From the NCBI GenBank assembly GCA_963785305.1, contig CAWAUV010000007.1:480001-544000 (forward strand): a stretch of DNA of 64,000 bases, read 5' to 3'. Source of the stretch: an uncultured Planctomycetaceae bacterium (GTDB lineage: Bacteria; Planctomycetota; Planctomycetia; Pirellulales; PALSA-1355). Shown here piece after piece: positions 31,262-41,200 of the stretch. How positions within the stretch are numbered: position 1 is the first letter of the stretch; each line of letters starts with the position of its first letter. The notes under the pieces are model-generated. The model had not been told where the DNA came from, ran no database searches, and was given only the letters and a program-made list of their open reading frames with translations. A program made the position numbers and the translations under genes.

Positions 31262-32183
31262 TGCAGCCCAAGGTATTCCATCACTGGGATTCGCAATCGC
31301 CGCCCGTGCTGCGATATTTCAACTTGAACGACGCGGAAATCGGCCATTGGCTTCCCGAGCGCAAGCTTTATCGTTTGCCAATGTACGGCTGGCATTATAC
31401 CGCGGACCGAATCGAGCGGCTTCATCGAGAAGCATGCGTGCTGCGTCCCCAACACCGTTTGCATCATTTGGTGAACGAGTCCGACATTTGCCGGCAACTC
31501 ACGGCGTGGGGCCTTCCCGCTTCACTTGTGAATCACAACGCGTTTCTCGACGAACGTGATTTCACGATTGTGGCGGGCGTCGAAAAACGCTTCGGCGCGA
31601 TCTACAACGCCAGAATGAAGCCGTTCAAGCGACATGCGTTGGCGAGCGACGTGCGTCGGCTCTTGATCGTGGGCGGTGTCCACGCGGCGGGAGATAGCGA
31701 GGATTACTTCCAACAAACGCGGCAAGCGCTTCCGCATGCCGTCTTCACCCATGCGAAAACCCGCGAATGATGCTCGCCTCGAACGAGATCGCGGAGCTCG
31801 TCAGTCAGGCGCGCGTCGGGCTCTGTCTCTCGGCGGTCGAAGGGGCGATGTATGCCGCCACCGTGTATTTGCTCTGCGGATTGCCGGTGGTGTCGACCGC
31901 AAGTCTCGGCGGACGCGACGAATGGTTCGATACTCGCTATGTGCGCGTGGTTTCCGATGAGCCCGCGGCGATTGCGGCGGCCGTGGGTGAGTTGACGAAA
32001 CGGCGGTTCGATCCGCACTGGATTCGCCAGCAAACGCTCACGAAAATGTGGCGGCATCGACGCCGGTTTGTCGAAGTCGTGCAAAACATCTTCGATGCCG
32101 AACTCGCCGGACGCGATTTCGCCCGCGAATGGCACGAGCGATTTGCCAATAAGATTGGCGCTTGGCGGCCCCTCGCCGCGTGA
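31261..32183 (+). CDS. GT-B (GT4-like) glycosyltransferase (frameshift near 31765)
   Basis: AIYNARMKPFKRH and VGLCLSAVEGAMYA..YLLCGLPVVST; TGATG coupling to the upstream gene. Confidence 0.75.
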
Positions 32184-32299
32184 CCACCTGCCGTGGGAGA
32201 GCACTGCTCGAGCCGCTGGGGCGCCTCGGCGAGAAGACGCCAGGGCGGCGCCATGAAAATAAAGTAAAGCGACCGCCGACTCGCGCAGGAATATCGGCA

Positions 32300-33922
32300 T
32301 TAGCGGCCATAGCGGCGCACGCGATTGACATAGTTGTCGAATTCGCTCTGCTCTTGGCTATCGCGCTCGATATTGCGCTCGATGGTGGCGCGGCGTTTGG
32401 CCGGGCCCAGGGCGATGGCCCGTTCGCGGCGCTGCCGCTCTTGATCGGCGCGGACCCATTTTCGAAACGTCGGCAAGCGTTCACGATGCTCGCGATCTTC
32501 GCGCGAGATCACATCGGCAAGCGAACTGGAACCGCGTTCGAGGGTCGAGAGTTGCTCGGGATCTACGCGCCGCGCGAGCCGCCGCCGCGAGGCTTTGCGT
32601 CGCTGGGTCGACGACGATCAGATATGCGTCGACCACGACCCCCGCCCGCCGCAATTCGGCGACGAGTGGCACGCCGCGATCGATCCACCACACGGCGCCA
32701 TCGACCAGATCATTGTGATAAGTGCCCGCCACGGTCGGACCGCCCGCGGTGTTAAACACGAGAAATGCTCCCTCGCGTTTGCCCTCTTCCAGATGCAGCA
32801 TGCCGCGTGGCGATTCATGCTCGGTCGTGAGGCCCAGGCCATCGAGCCGAAAGGCTTTGTCGCGTTCGAAATGTTTGTATTGAAACCGGCCTTCGAGATT
32901 GTGGGCGGGATCTTTCCAGGGATAGACGTCGGCTCCGGGTCGGGTGAGCGTGGCAAGCACGGAGTCGGGTATTTCCAGATCGCTTGATTGCAACACGCTC
33001 CCGTCGGGCAATGACGCCGACCACGATCGCCCGGCGAAATCGGCGCGTTCCAAGGGCCGCGGCGCCGGTTCGACCCCTGGCGATTTCACTGGAGGCGATG
33101 TCAAATCCGCCGGAGCCGCGGGCAAGGCGGCGGGCGGGGGCACGCTGGCCACGGGTGTTGGCTCGCTAGCGGCGCCGGGCGCCGGCGGCGCGGCGCTGGT
33201 CTTGGCGGGCGCCGGCGGCGCGGCCGAAATTGGCTGCCGCGCGATCGGCAGTGTTTTGGCCGGCGGCGCCACGACGGGTTTCGTTTCGACCGGTTTCGTC
33301 GCCATGCTCTGATTCGCGGCGGTCATCGGCTCGGCCCGAGTCGCATGGGTCCGCGCCTTGATCGGTTCGGCCAGCGGGCGCGGGCTTCGATCGGCCTCGC
33401 AATCGTCGGGGCGTGCTTTTCCGACAGAGCGCCCCGCGATGAGGATCGCAAGAGCAGCCCGCCGCACGCGATCGCAAGGAGAATTGCCGTCACGGCAACT
33501 CGTCGTCCCGTCGAAGCGCTTCGCCAAGACGTGAACCAACGGGCCGGGATCGCCGTTGAATTGCCGGCGGCGGGTTGCTCTTCGATCGTGATTTCCGCGT
33601 TCGATGTCGAACTGCGGCGGGTGAGCGGGGGAGGACCGGAGCGCGGTTTGGCAACGAGCTTCGCGTCGTAGTCGGCCTTGGCCGCGGGGTTGAGCAGCAA
33701 CACGCGGGCAGCCGATAGCTCGTTGAGCATGCGTTGCGATTCGAGGCGTCGCGGGCCAATCGCGAATTGCTTGACGAGCGTCATGCGCCGATCGGCCGCG
33801 GCGGCGATCACGGCCGGGTCGGCTTCGCGCTCCGCCAGATCGAGCAGTCGATACACCGACGCCGGCTGATCGAGGGGCGAGATGCCCAGCCACTCCCAAT
33901 AGGAATCAAAATGCTCGCCCAT
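32300..33922 (-). CDS. Membrane protein with a planctomycete-type J-like N-terminus, Pro-rich linker and MORN-like C-terminal region (frameshifted)
   Basis: FDSYWEWLGISPLDQPASVYRLLDL...LLNPAAKADYD, a TM helix, then GKREG..., GTYHNDLVDG. Confidence 0.6.
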
Positions 33923-34077
33923 GCCGCCCGCGCTCCTTCCGGCAGAAAGTGCCGCACCCATCAACCATACCCGACCCGCCGCTGAAGCGTCAATTTATTG
34001 ACCGCAATCGCGACCATGCGACCATGCGGTTTTTTCATTCCCGGTCGAACGACGACCTGACCGGCCGGTGTCGCGGC

Positions 34078-34626
34078 TCACCAGAGAAGCGGACTGCGCT
34101 TGAACGGTTTCCCGACTTCGGGCGCTTGTTTTTGCTCGATGCCCGCCGCGGGCGTTTTGCCAAAGTTCGGCTGGTGGTAAAGAATCCTGGATGTGGTCAC
34201 GAAAGGAGCGGAATCTCGCACGGTCACGCATACGAGCATACGATGCTTGTCGATCTCGGCGAGCCGCCATTTTTTTGCCGGCGGATGTGGGTTGTCCGAC
34301 CGGAGAACCAGCACGCCGTTTTCCAAAGCGATATCGAACTCGATCGGCTTTTTCAAGGCCGCCGGCCGGGCACACGTGAATTGGCCGTATTTGCAACGAG
34401 CGCCCTTGATTTCGAGGTAATCGCCTTCAAAGAGTCCGACGCCCTCGGGCGCAATGGCCCAGCCACCTTGAATTTCCGCGAGAGTGGCGATGGACTTAAA
34501 ATCAACATCCCGAGCGACTTCATCCTCGGTTTGTTCCTTGGACATTGCGTGGTCGCAAAAGCTCGCGATGCAAAAGCAAATCGCGACCAAGGCAATGCCG
34601 CCATTCAAACAAGACTGTTTCTTCAT
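34078..34626 (-). CDS. Hypothetical exported protein
   Basis: Signal-like N-terminus MKKQSCLNGGIALVAICFCIA; no family recognised. Confidence 0.55.
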   Translation of the reverse strand: MKKQSCLNGGIALVAICFCIASFCDHAMSKEQTEDEVARDVDFKSIATLAEIQGGWAIAPEGVGLFEGDYLEIKGARCKYGQFTCARPAALKKPIEFDIALENGVLVLRSDNPHPPAKKWRLAEIDKHRMLVCVTVRDSAPFVTTSRILYHQPNFGKTPAAGIEQKQAPEVGKPFKRSPLLW

Positions 34627-34957
34627 TGCTCTGGCCCTCACCGAAGTTCGTGCGTCGCCGGTGCGCGGCTTCTTTAATTTAAGCGTGCCCATTCGACGAA
34701 ACAACCGCCGCATTCGGCGGCGGGGCGCGAACCCATCCACCAGGACCAGGAAATCGAACAATCATTCATCGGGAATATCTTGGCGATCGCGGCTAAAACC
34801 AGCCTCGCTTGCCAGCAAAACCCGCGAAACTTGAAGTTAGGCGTCCCGCCGGCGGCGTGCTCGATATCCGGCGTGCGGCGCGAGCGCCGGCGCGGTATTA
34901 TGATCGCAACCCGGCTATTGCGGGCCGACCCACGAACTTGCCTCCGAGAACTTAAGC

Positions 34958-35725
34958 ATGATGAGCACGCGCCATCTCTTCGCCTTGTTCGCCCTACTGG
35001 CCGCCTCGTCGAGGGCGCCGGCCGCCGAGCTGGCGAAGGTTCCGGAAAAGTCGATTGCCCAGAAGATGGAATTGCTGTTCTCGGATGATTTCGAGTCGGT
35101 CGAGCACCCGAGGGAGTGGCATCGGGTTGTGCCGACGTTTGCATTTGAAAATGGAGTCCTCAAGGGGACGCAAACGCGAGACGTGAACGCGCCGGCGGCG
35201 GATGGCAAGCCGGCCGTTAGGGCCCATGCGGCCGTCGAAGGGCTGGAGATCCCCACCACCAACAGTGTCGTCGAGGCGCGAATCAAGCTCGACGGGGCTT
35301 CGATGGTCGACGTTGAATTCGATGATCGAAAGTATACCGGGGCGCATTACGGTCATATCTGCCGAGCCCAAGTTCGGCTGAACGGCGTCACGATTATCGA
35401 CGAACGCGACGGCAACATGCGCAATGACATTTACGAAATGAAAAATGACCCAGCCCGCAAGGCTGAAGCCGCCAAGCTGATCGCGGGTCGCAGTGTCACC
35501 TACCCGGCGCGGCTCGAACGTGGAGTTTGGTATACCTTGGTGGTTGAGACGATCGGCGATGAAATGCGGGTGACTATCGACGGGCAGCCGGCCGCCTATC
35601 TCAAGAGCTCTGGCATTGCCCACGCTACCAAGTCGAAGATTGAACTCGGGGTCGCCGGCAAAGACGGTCTGTTCGACGACATCAAAGTCTGGAACGCGGA
35701 GCGAGCCGGATCATCGACAAACTGA
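34958..35725 (+). CDS. Exported beta-sandwich (ConA/LamG-like) protein
   Basis: Signal peptide, LFSDDFE, WYTLVVETIGDEMRVTIDG and FDDIKVW motifs. Confidence 0.7.
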   Translation: MMSTRHLFALFALLAASSRAPAAELAKVPEKSIAQKMELLFSDDFESVEHPREWHRVVPTFAFENGVLKGTQTRDVNAPAADGKPAVRAHAAVEGLEIPTTNSVVEARIKLDGASMVDVEFDDRKYTGAHYGHICRAQVRLNGVTIIDERDGNMRNDIYEMKNDPARKAEAAKLIAGRSVTYPARLERGVWYTLVVETIGDEMRVTIDGQPAAYLKSSGIAHATKSKIELGVAGKDGLFDDIKVWNAERAGSSTN

Positions 35726-35815
35726 AAGCCTATCCGAAAACTTTGGCGGGCCCTTGCCCTCACGCTACCATCTCCCATGCGGGGCGAGGGGGGAATTGTC
35801 GGGCAGGCTTTCAGT
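35721..35815. repeat. MITE/REP-like element, copy 1
   Basis: Terminal IR ACTGAAAGCCTATCCGA / TCGGGCAGGCTTTCAGT (15/17) around a ccctcacgctaccatctccc...gggcgaggg core. Confidence 0.7.
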
Positions 35816-36031
35816 CGTTACTTTGCGAGCCGCGACGCGCTGGGTTCGGCGCTTGGCGAGGTTGAAAACTGCCTCGTTGGCATTTTTCAGCAGGCTGTGA
35901 GAGGGCTCGCCCGCGTTATGTGGGCGGCGTGCCAAACAAAATTCATTGACAATCGCCGTGGAGAACGCGAGACTGCCGGGTGTTGGATCGGGTTGGGCCG
36001 CGCGCGCCAAGGCCATCGCGAATGGGACTTC

Positions 36032-36111
36032 AAAGCCTATTCGAGAACTTCGGCGAGCCCTCGCGCTACCCTCTCCCAAAGGGCGAGGGGGGAATTGTCG
36101 GACAGGCTCTC
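36032..36111. repeat. MITE/REP-like element, copy 2
   Basis: aaagcctattcgagaactt...ccctcgcgctaccctctccc...gggcgagggggg...aattgtcggacaggctct is a diverged direct repeat of copy 1. Confidence 0.7.
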
Positions 36112-36196
36112 AAAGCGCCCGCGGCCGCCCAATGCAATCAATTCATCTCGCGCTAGTCTCTCCCAGCCAAAAATTCCCCAGTTGGAGAAAGCCCTC

Positions 36197-37378
36197 ATGC
36201 CCGCGAATCGAGGCGTCGTTTATGAAGGTCCCGGCAAGGTGAAGGTCTCGTCGATCGACTTCCCCAAGCTCGCGCTCGGCACGCGCAAATGCAACCACGG
36301 CGTGATCCTCAAAGTAGTTTCCACCAATATCTGCGGCAGCGATCAGCACATGGTCCGCGGTCGCACCACGGCTCCGGCCGGGCTCGTGCTCGGACACGAG
36401 ATCACGGGCGAAGTCATTGAATGCGGCGGCGATGTCGAAACGCTCCAGGTGGGCGATCTCGTGAGCGTGCCCTTCAATGTCGCCTGCGGACGTTGCCGCA
36501 CTTGCAAGGAGCAACACACGGGAGTGTGCCTCAATGTGAACGGCGATCGCGCCGGCGGCGCCTATGGCTATGTCGACATGGGCGGCTGGGTCGGCGGGCA
36601 GGCCGAGTATGTCATGGTTCCCTATGCCGACTGGAATCTGCTCAAGTTTCCCGATCGCGATCAGGCCATGGCCAAGATTCGCGACCTTACCTGCTTGAGC
36701 GATATCTTGCCCACCGGCTATCACGGCTGCGTGCGGGCCGGAGTCACCACCGGTTCGACCGTGCTTGTCGCCGGCGCCGGGCCGGTGGGGCTGGCGGCCG
36801 CCGCTTCGGCGCTATTGCTTGGCGCCGCCGTGGTGATCGTGTCGGACTTCAACAAGGAGCGGCTAGCCCAGGCGCGCGGCTTCGGCTGCGAGACGATCGA
36901 CCTTGGGCAAAAGGCGCCGATCAAGGACCACCTACGGCAGATTTTGGGTGTGCCCGAGGTCGACTGCGCGGTCGATTGCGTGGGCTTCGAAGCCATGGGC
37001 CACGGCGGCGTCGAACAGCCGGCGATCGTGCTCAATCAACTCATGGACGTGACCCGAGCCGCCGGCTCGCTGGGAATACCGGGCCTCTACGTGACCGAGG
37101 ACCCGGGCGCCAAGGACGACGCCGCGAAACATGGAAACCTGAGCCTAAGGTTCGGACTCGGCTGGGCCAAGTCGCATTCGTTCTTCACCGGTCAAACCCC
37201 GGTGATGAAATACAACCGCGGGCTCATGATGGCGATCTTGCACGATCGCATTCAGATCGCCAAGGCGGTGAATGTGAAAGTCATCACGCTCGATGAAGCG
37301 CCGGGCGGATATGCGGCCTTCGATTCGGGGGTGGCGACGAAATTCGTGATCGATCCCCACAAGATCCTCGTGGCTTGA
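36197..37378 (+). CDS. fdhA: Glutathione-independent formaldehyde dehydrogenase
   Basis: TNICGSDQHMVRGRT, LGHEITGE, Zn cysteines, AYGYVDMGGWVGGQAE and IPGLYVTEDPG motifs. Confidence 0.93.
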   Translation: MPANRGVVYEGPGKVKVSSIDFPKLALGTRKCNHGVILKVVSTNICGSDQHMVRGRTTAPAGLVLGHEITGEVIECGGDVETLQVGDLVSVPFNVACGRCRTCKEQHTGVCLNVNGDRAGGAYGYVDMGGWVGGQAEYVMVPYADWNLLKFPDRDQAMAKIRDLTCLSDILPTGYHGCVRAGVTTGSTVLVAGAGPVGLAAAASALLLGAAVVIVSDFNKERLAQARGFGCETIDLGQKAPIKDHLRQILGVPEVDCAVDCVGFEAMGHGGVEQPAIVLNQLMDVTRAAGSLGIPGLYVTEDPGAKDDAAKHGNLSLRFGLGWAKSHSFFTGQTPVMKYNRGLMMAILHDRIQIAKAVNVKVITLDEAPGGYAAFDSGVATKFVIDPHKILVA

Positions 37379-37407
37379 TCCTAGGGGCTTGACGCGGCCG
37401 CGGGCGG

Positions 37408-37901
37408 TCAGTTTCCGAATCCGCGGATGAAAGGATCGTTGGGCTGTCCGTTGGCGCCGCCCGATGGCTCGCGCGACGGAAAGCCGCCTCCATATCCTGG
37501 GCCGCCGTACCCCGCGCCGCCTTGCCACGCCGGGCGCGCGGTCGCCGGTTTCGCGCTCGCGCCGGTTGCGGGAATGTGCCCGCGCTGTTGGCCGCGCCGG
37601 GCGCGACACCGCGATAGCCCGCGGTCACTCGCTGGGGCCCGCCGCCATTGACGGCGGCGGCGCCGGTCGCCGCGCTCAGCGCCGGATGGTATTTGACCCA
37701 CTGGCCGCCTTGATAGTAGGACCACGTGGCATCGGGGTGCTGATACCACCAGCGGCCTTGATGGAAGCGCATTTGCACCGAGATCGGATCCGTGGAACCG
37801 ACCCGTCCGCTCGGTGTCGTGATCGGCCCGGCCAGGGCGGCGCCGCCGAGCGACAATGTCAAGCCGATTGCGATGAGCGAGTGGAACAGCAGGGATCGCA
37901 T
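37408..37901 (-). CDS. Small exported Trp/Tyr-rich protein with a Gly-rich tail (frameshifted)
   Basis: Signal peptide, RFHQGRWWYQHPDATWSYYQGGQWVKY and a GGAGYGGPGYGGG tail. Confidence 0.6.
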
Positions 37902-37950
37902 AAACGCCCCTCCTTTGTCGAAAATGGGATGCGTGTCCGACAGTAGGAAT

Positions 37951-37966
37951 GCAATGCGCGTGCCAA
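37951..37966 (-). promoter_or_regulatory. Sigma-54 promoter
   Basis: Minus strand reads TTGGCACGCGCATTGC, a near-perfect consensus 50 bp upstream of the ATG at 37901. Confidence 0.8.
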
Positions 37967-38229
37967 TAGCGCCTCGCTCCGTTCTTGCCGAATTTGCGTG
38001 CTGGCGAAGCGATTCGCCGCGTGGCCGGCGCCGGGCCCTCGCGAGAGAGCGCTCCTTGGAGTGGTCAAGCTAGCAGCAGTCTGGTCGTATTTCGTCCGAA
38101 ACCGCGGGCAATCCCAGAGCGCAACCCCCCGCCGATTTCGGCGGCATATTGCGTCATGGACAATCGCGGGCTCTTTCGGCCACAATGTCGCATCGACTCG
38201 AGGTCGCTCGCTTCCCGGTTCGGCTCGCC

Positions 38230-41200
38230 ATGATTTCGCATTTTTTCATCGATCGGCCAATCTTCGCCGCGGTGCTGTCGATCGTGATTACGATCGCCGG
38301 CGGCGTGGCGGTGACGACCCTCCCCATTGCCCAGTATCCCGACGTTACTCCGCCCACGGTGCTCGTGACGGCGCTCTATCCCGGCGCCAATTCTCAAACG
38401 GTGCGCGACACCGTGGCCCAGCCGATCGAGCAGCAGGTCAGCGGCGTCGAGAACATGTTGTACATGTCGAGCCAATGCACCAACGACGGGCTCTACACGC
38501 TCACCATCACCTTCAAGATGGGCATGAACTCCGACATGGCCCAGGTGTTGGTGCAGAACCGGGTGTCGCTCGCCCAGCCGGTGATTCCCGACCTCGTGCA
38601 GCGCGAGGGCATCAATGTCAAAAAGCAGTCGCCCAACACGCTGATGATCGTGAATTTGTTTTCGCCCGACGGCAGCCACGACGATATCTATTTGAGCAAC
38701 TACGCCACGATTCAAATCAAGGACGAGCTCGGCCGCTTGCCGGGAGTGGCCAATATCGGCTATATGGGCCAACGCGACTACAGCTTGCGGGCCTGGCTCG
38801 ACCCGGAGCGAATGGCATCGCTGGGCATCAACGCCAGCGACGTGAGCACGGCGATCAACGAGCAGAACATTCAAGTGGCCGCCGGTCAGATCGGTCAGCA
38901 GCCGGCGCCCGCCGGTCAGGAATTCCAGTACACGATCAACACCCTGGGTCGGCTCGTCACGCCCGAACAGTTCGCCAATATCATTCTCAAAGTGCAAAGC
39001 TCCGGCGGCTCGGGCAGCAGCAGTTCGGGCGGCGCCGGGCCCACGATCACGGCCGCGCCCACGAGCGGGTCGAACATGACCGGATCGACGGCGATCGATC
39101 CGAGCACGACCTTCGGCGGAGCCAGCTCGGATTCGGGTAGCGGCGCTCCGCCCCCGGCCACCGGCTCCACCGGGCAAATGCCGGCAATGCCCACGGTCGC
39201 CGGCGGCGGGGTCTCGTCGGCCGGCGCGGGCTTGGGGGGGTCGACCAGCACCCCGAGCGGCGCGGGATCGGTCGGCATCGGCAGCGCCACCACCGGCAAG
39301 TCCACGACCGGCGTCACCGGAACCACCAGCGCCCAGAGCGTGGCCGGGCCGCCGAGCTTCAGCATTTTGCGGCTGCGCGATATCGCCAGCGTGCAGCTTG
39401 GCTCGCAGCAGTACGATCAATCATGCACGCTCGACGGCAAGCCCTCGGTGGCCCTCACCGTGTATCAGCTTCCCGGCCACAATTCGCTCGAAACCGCCCG
39501 CGGCGTCTATGCCAAGATGGAATCGCTCAAACAGCGCTTTCCCGACGGGCTCGATTACGAGATCGTCTATGACACCACGCCCTTTATTCGCGAATCGGTC
39601 ATCGAGGTGTTCAACACGCTCCGCGACGCCGTGATCTTGGTGGCGATCGTGGTGCTCGTGTTCTTGCAAAACTGGCGGGCCGCGATTATTCCCCTGGTGG
39701 CGGTGCCGGTGGCCGTGGTGGGCACATTCGCCGTGATGGCGGCGATGCGTTTTTCGCTCAACAACCTGTCGCTGTTCGGGCTCGTGCTCGCGATCGGCAT
39801 CGTGGTCGACGACGCGATCGTGGTGGTCGAAAACGTGGAGCGCTGGCTCGAACATGGGCTCAGCCCGCGCGACGCGACTCGCCGAGCGATGGACGAAGTG
39901 ACCGGACCGGTGATCGCGGTGGCCTTGGTGCTCACGGCGGTGTTCGTGCCCTGTGCGTTCATCAGCGGCATCACCGGTCAGTTCTTTCGCCAGTTCGCGG
40001 TCACGATCGCGGCCTCGACTCTGATCTCGGCGTTCAATTCCCTCACGCTCAGCCCGGCGCTGGCCGCGATCTTGCTCCGTCCGCGCGGAGCGAAGCGCGA
40101 CCCAATCGACGCGGCGCTGAATTTCTTGCTCGGCTGGTTTTTCAAACTGTTCAACATGGTGTTCGATCTCGGCAATCGCTCGTACACGTTTCTGGTCGGC
40201 GGCATGCTGCGGGCCAGCGTGCTCGTGTTCGTGGTGTTCGGCGGCCTGCTGGTGGCGACCTATGTCGAATTCGATCGCACGCCCACCGGCTTCATTCCGC
40301 AGCAAGATAAAGGCTACCTGCTGGTGAATGTGCAATTGCCCGACTCGGCGTCGGTTTCGCGCACCCAGGCCGTGGTGCGAGCGATCGAGCGGATCGCCCA
40401 GAAGACCAATGGCGTCGCGCATACGGTGAGCGTGGCGGGGCAGTCGCTCATTCTCAATGTCAACGCGCCCAACCTGGGATCGATCTATGTGATGCTCGCC
40501 GAGTTTCACCAGCGGCCCGGCCTGGGCGCCGACGACATCGCCGCCAGCCTCCGCTCGGAATGCGGCCGTCAGGTGCAAGACGCGCTCGTGACCGTGTTCG
40601 GGGCGCCGCCGATCGACGGGCTCGGCACGACCGGCGGCTTCAAGATGATTGTCGAAGACCGCGGCAACGAAGGACTCGCGGCCTTGCAAACCGTGAGCGA
40701 CGCCATCGTGCGGGTCGGCAACGCCTCGCGCGAACTTACCGGGCTCTTCACCAGTTCGCGGGCCTACACGCCTTGGCTGTATCTAGACATCGATCGGGAA
40801 AAGTGCCTTTCGCTGGGCTTGTCGATGGGCGATGTTTTCAACACGCTCCAGATTTTCCTGGGTTCGTATTATGTCAATAACTTCAACGACTTCGGCCGCT
40901 CCTGGCAAGTCAACATCATGGCCGATCCGCGGTTCCGCGATCATATCGAGGAGATCAAGCTGCTCCGGGTGCGAACCAACCAAGGCTACATGGCGCCGCT
41001 CGGCACGGTGATTCAGGTGCGCGACGCGAGTGGCCCGGCGGCGATCATGCGCTACAATATGTACGCGTCGGCGGCCATCAGCGGCAACCTGGCGCCGGGC
41101 GTGAGCTCGACCGAGGCCATCGCCCGCATGGAAAGCATTGCCCGCGAGAAACTGCCGCGATCGATGTCTTTCGCCTGGACCGAACTCGCGTTCATGCAGC

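Noticed and set aside
35721..36111. Repeats read as a CRISPR array
   Set aside because: There are only two diverged copies about 310 bp apart, with no regular spacers and no cas genes.
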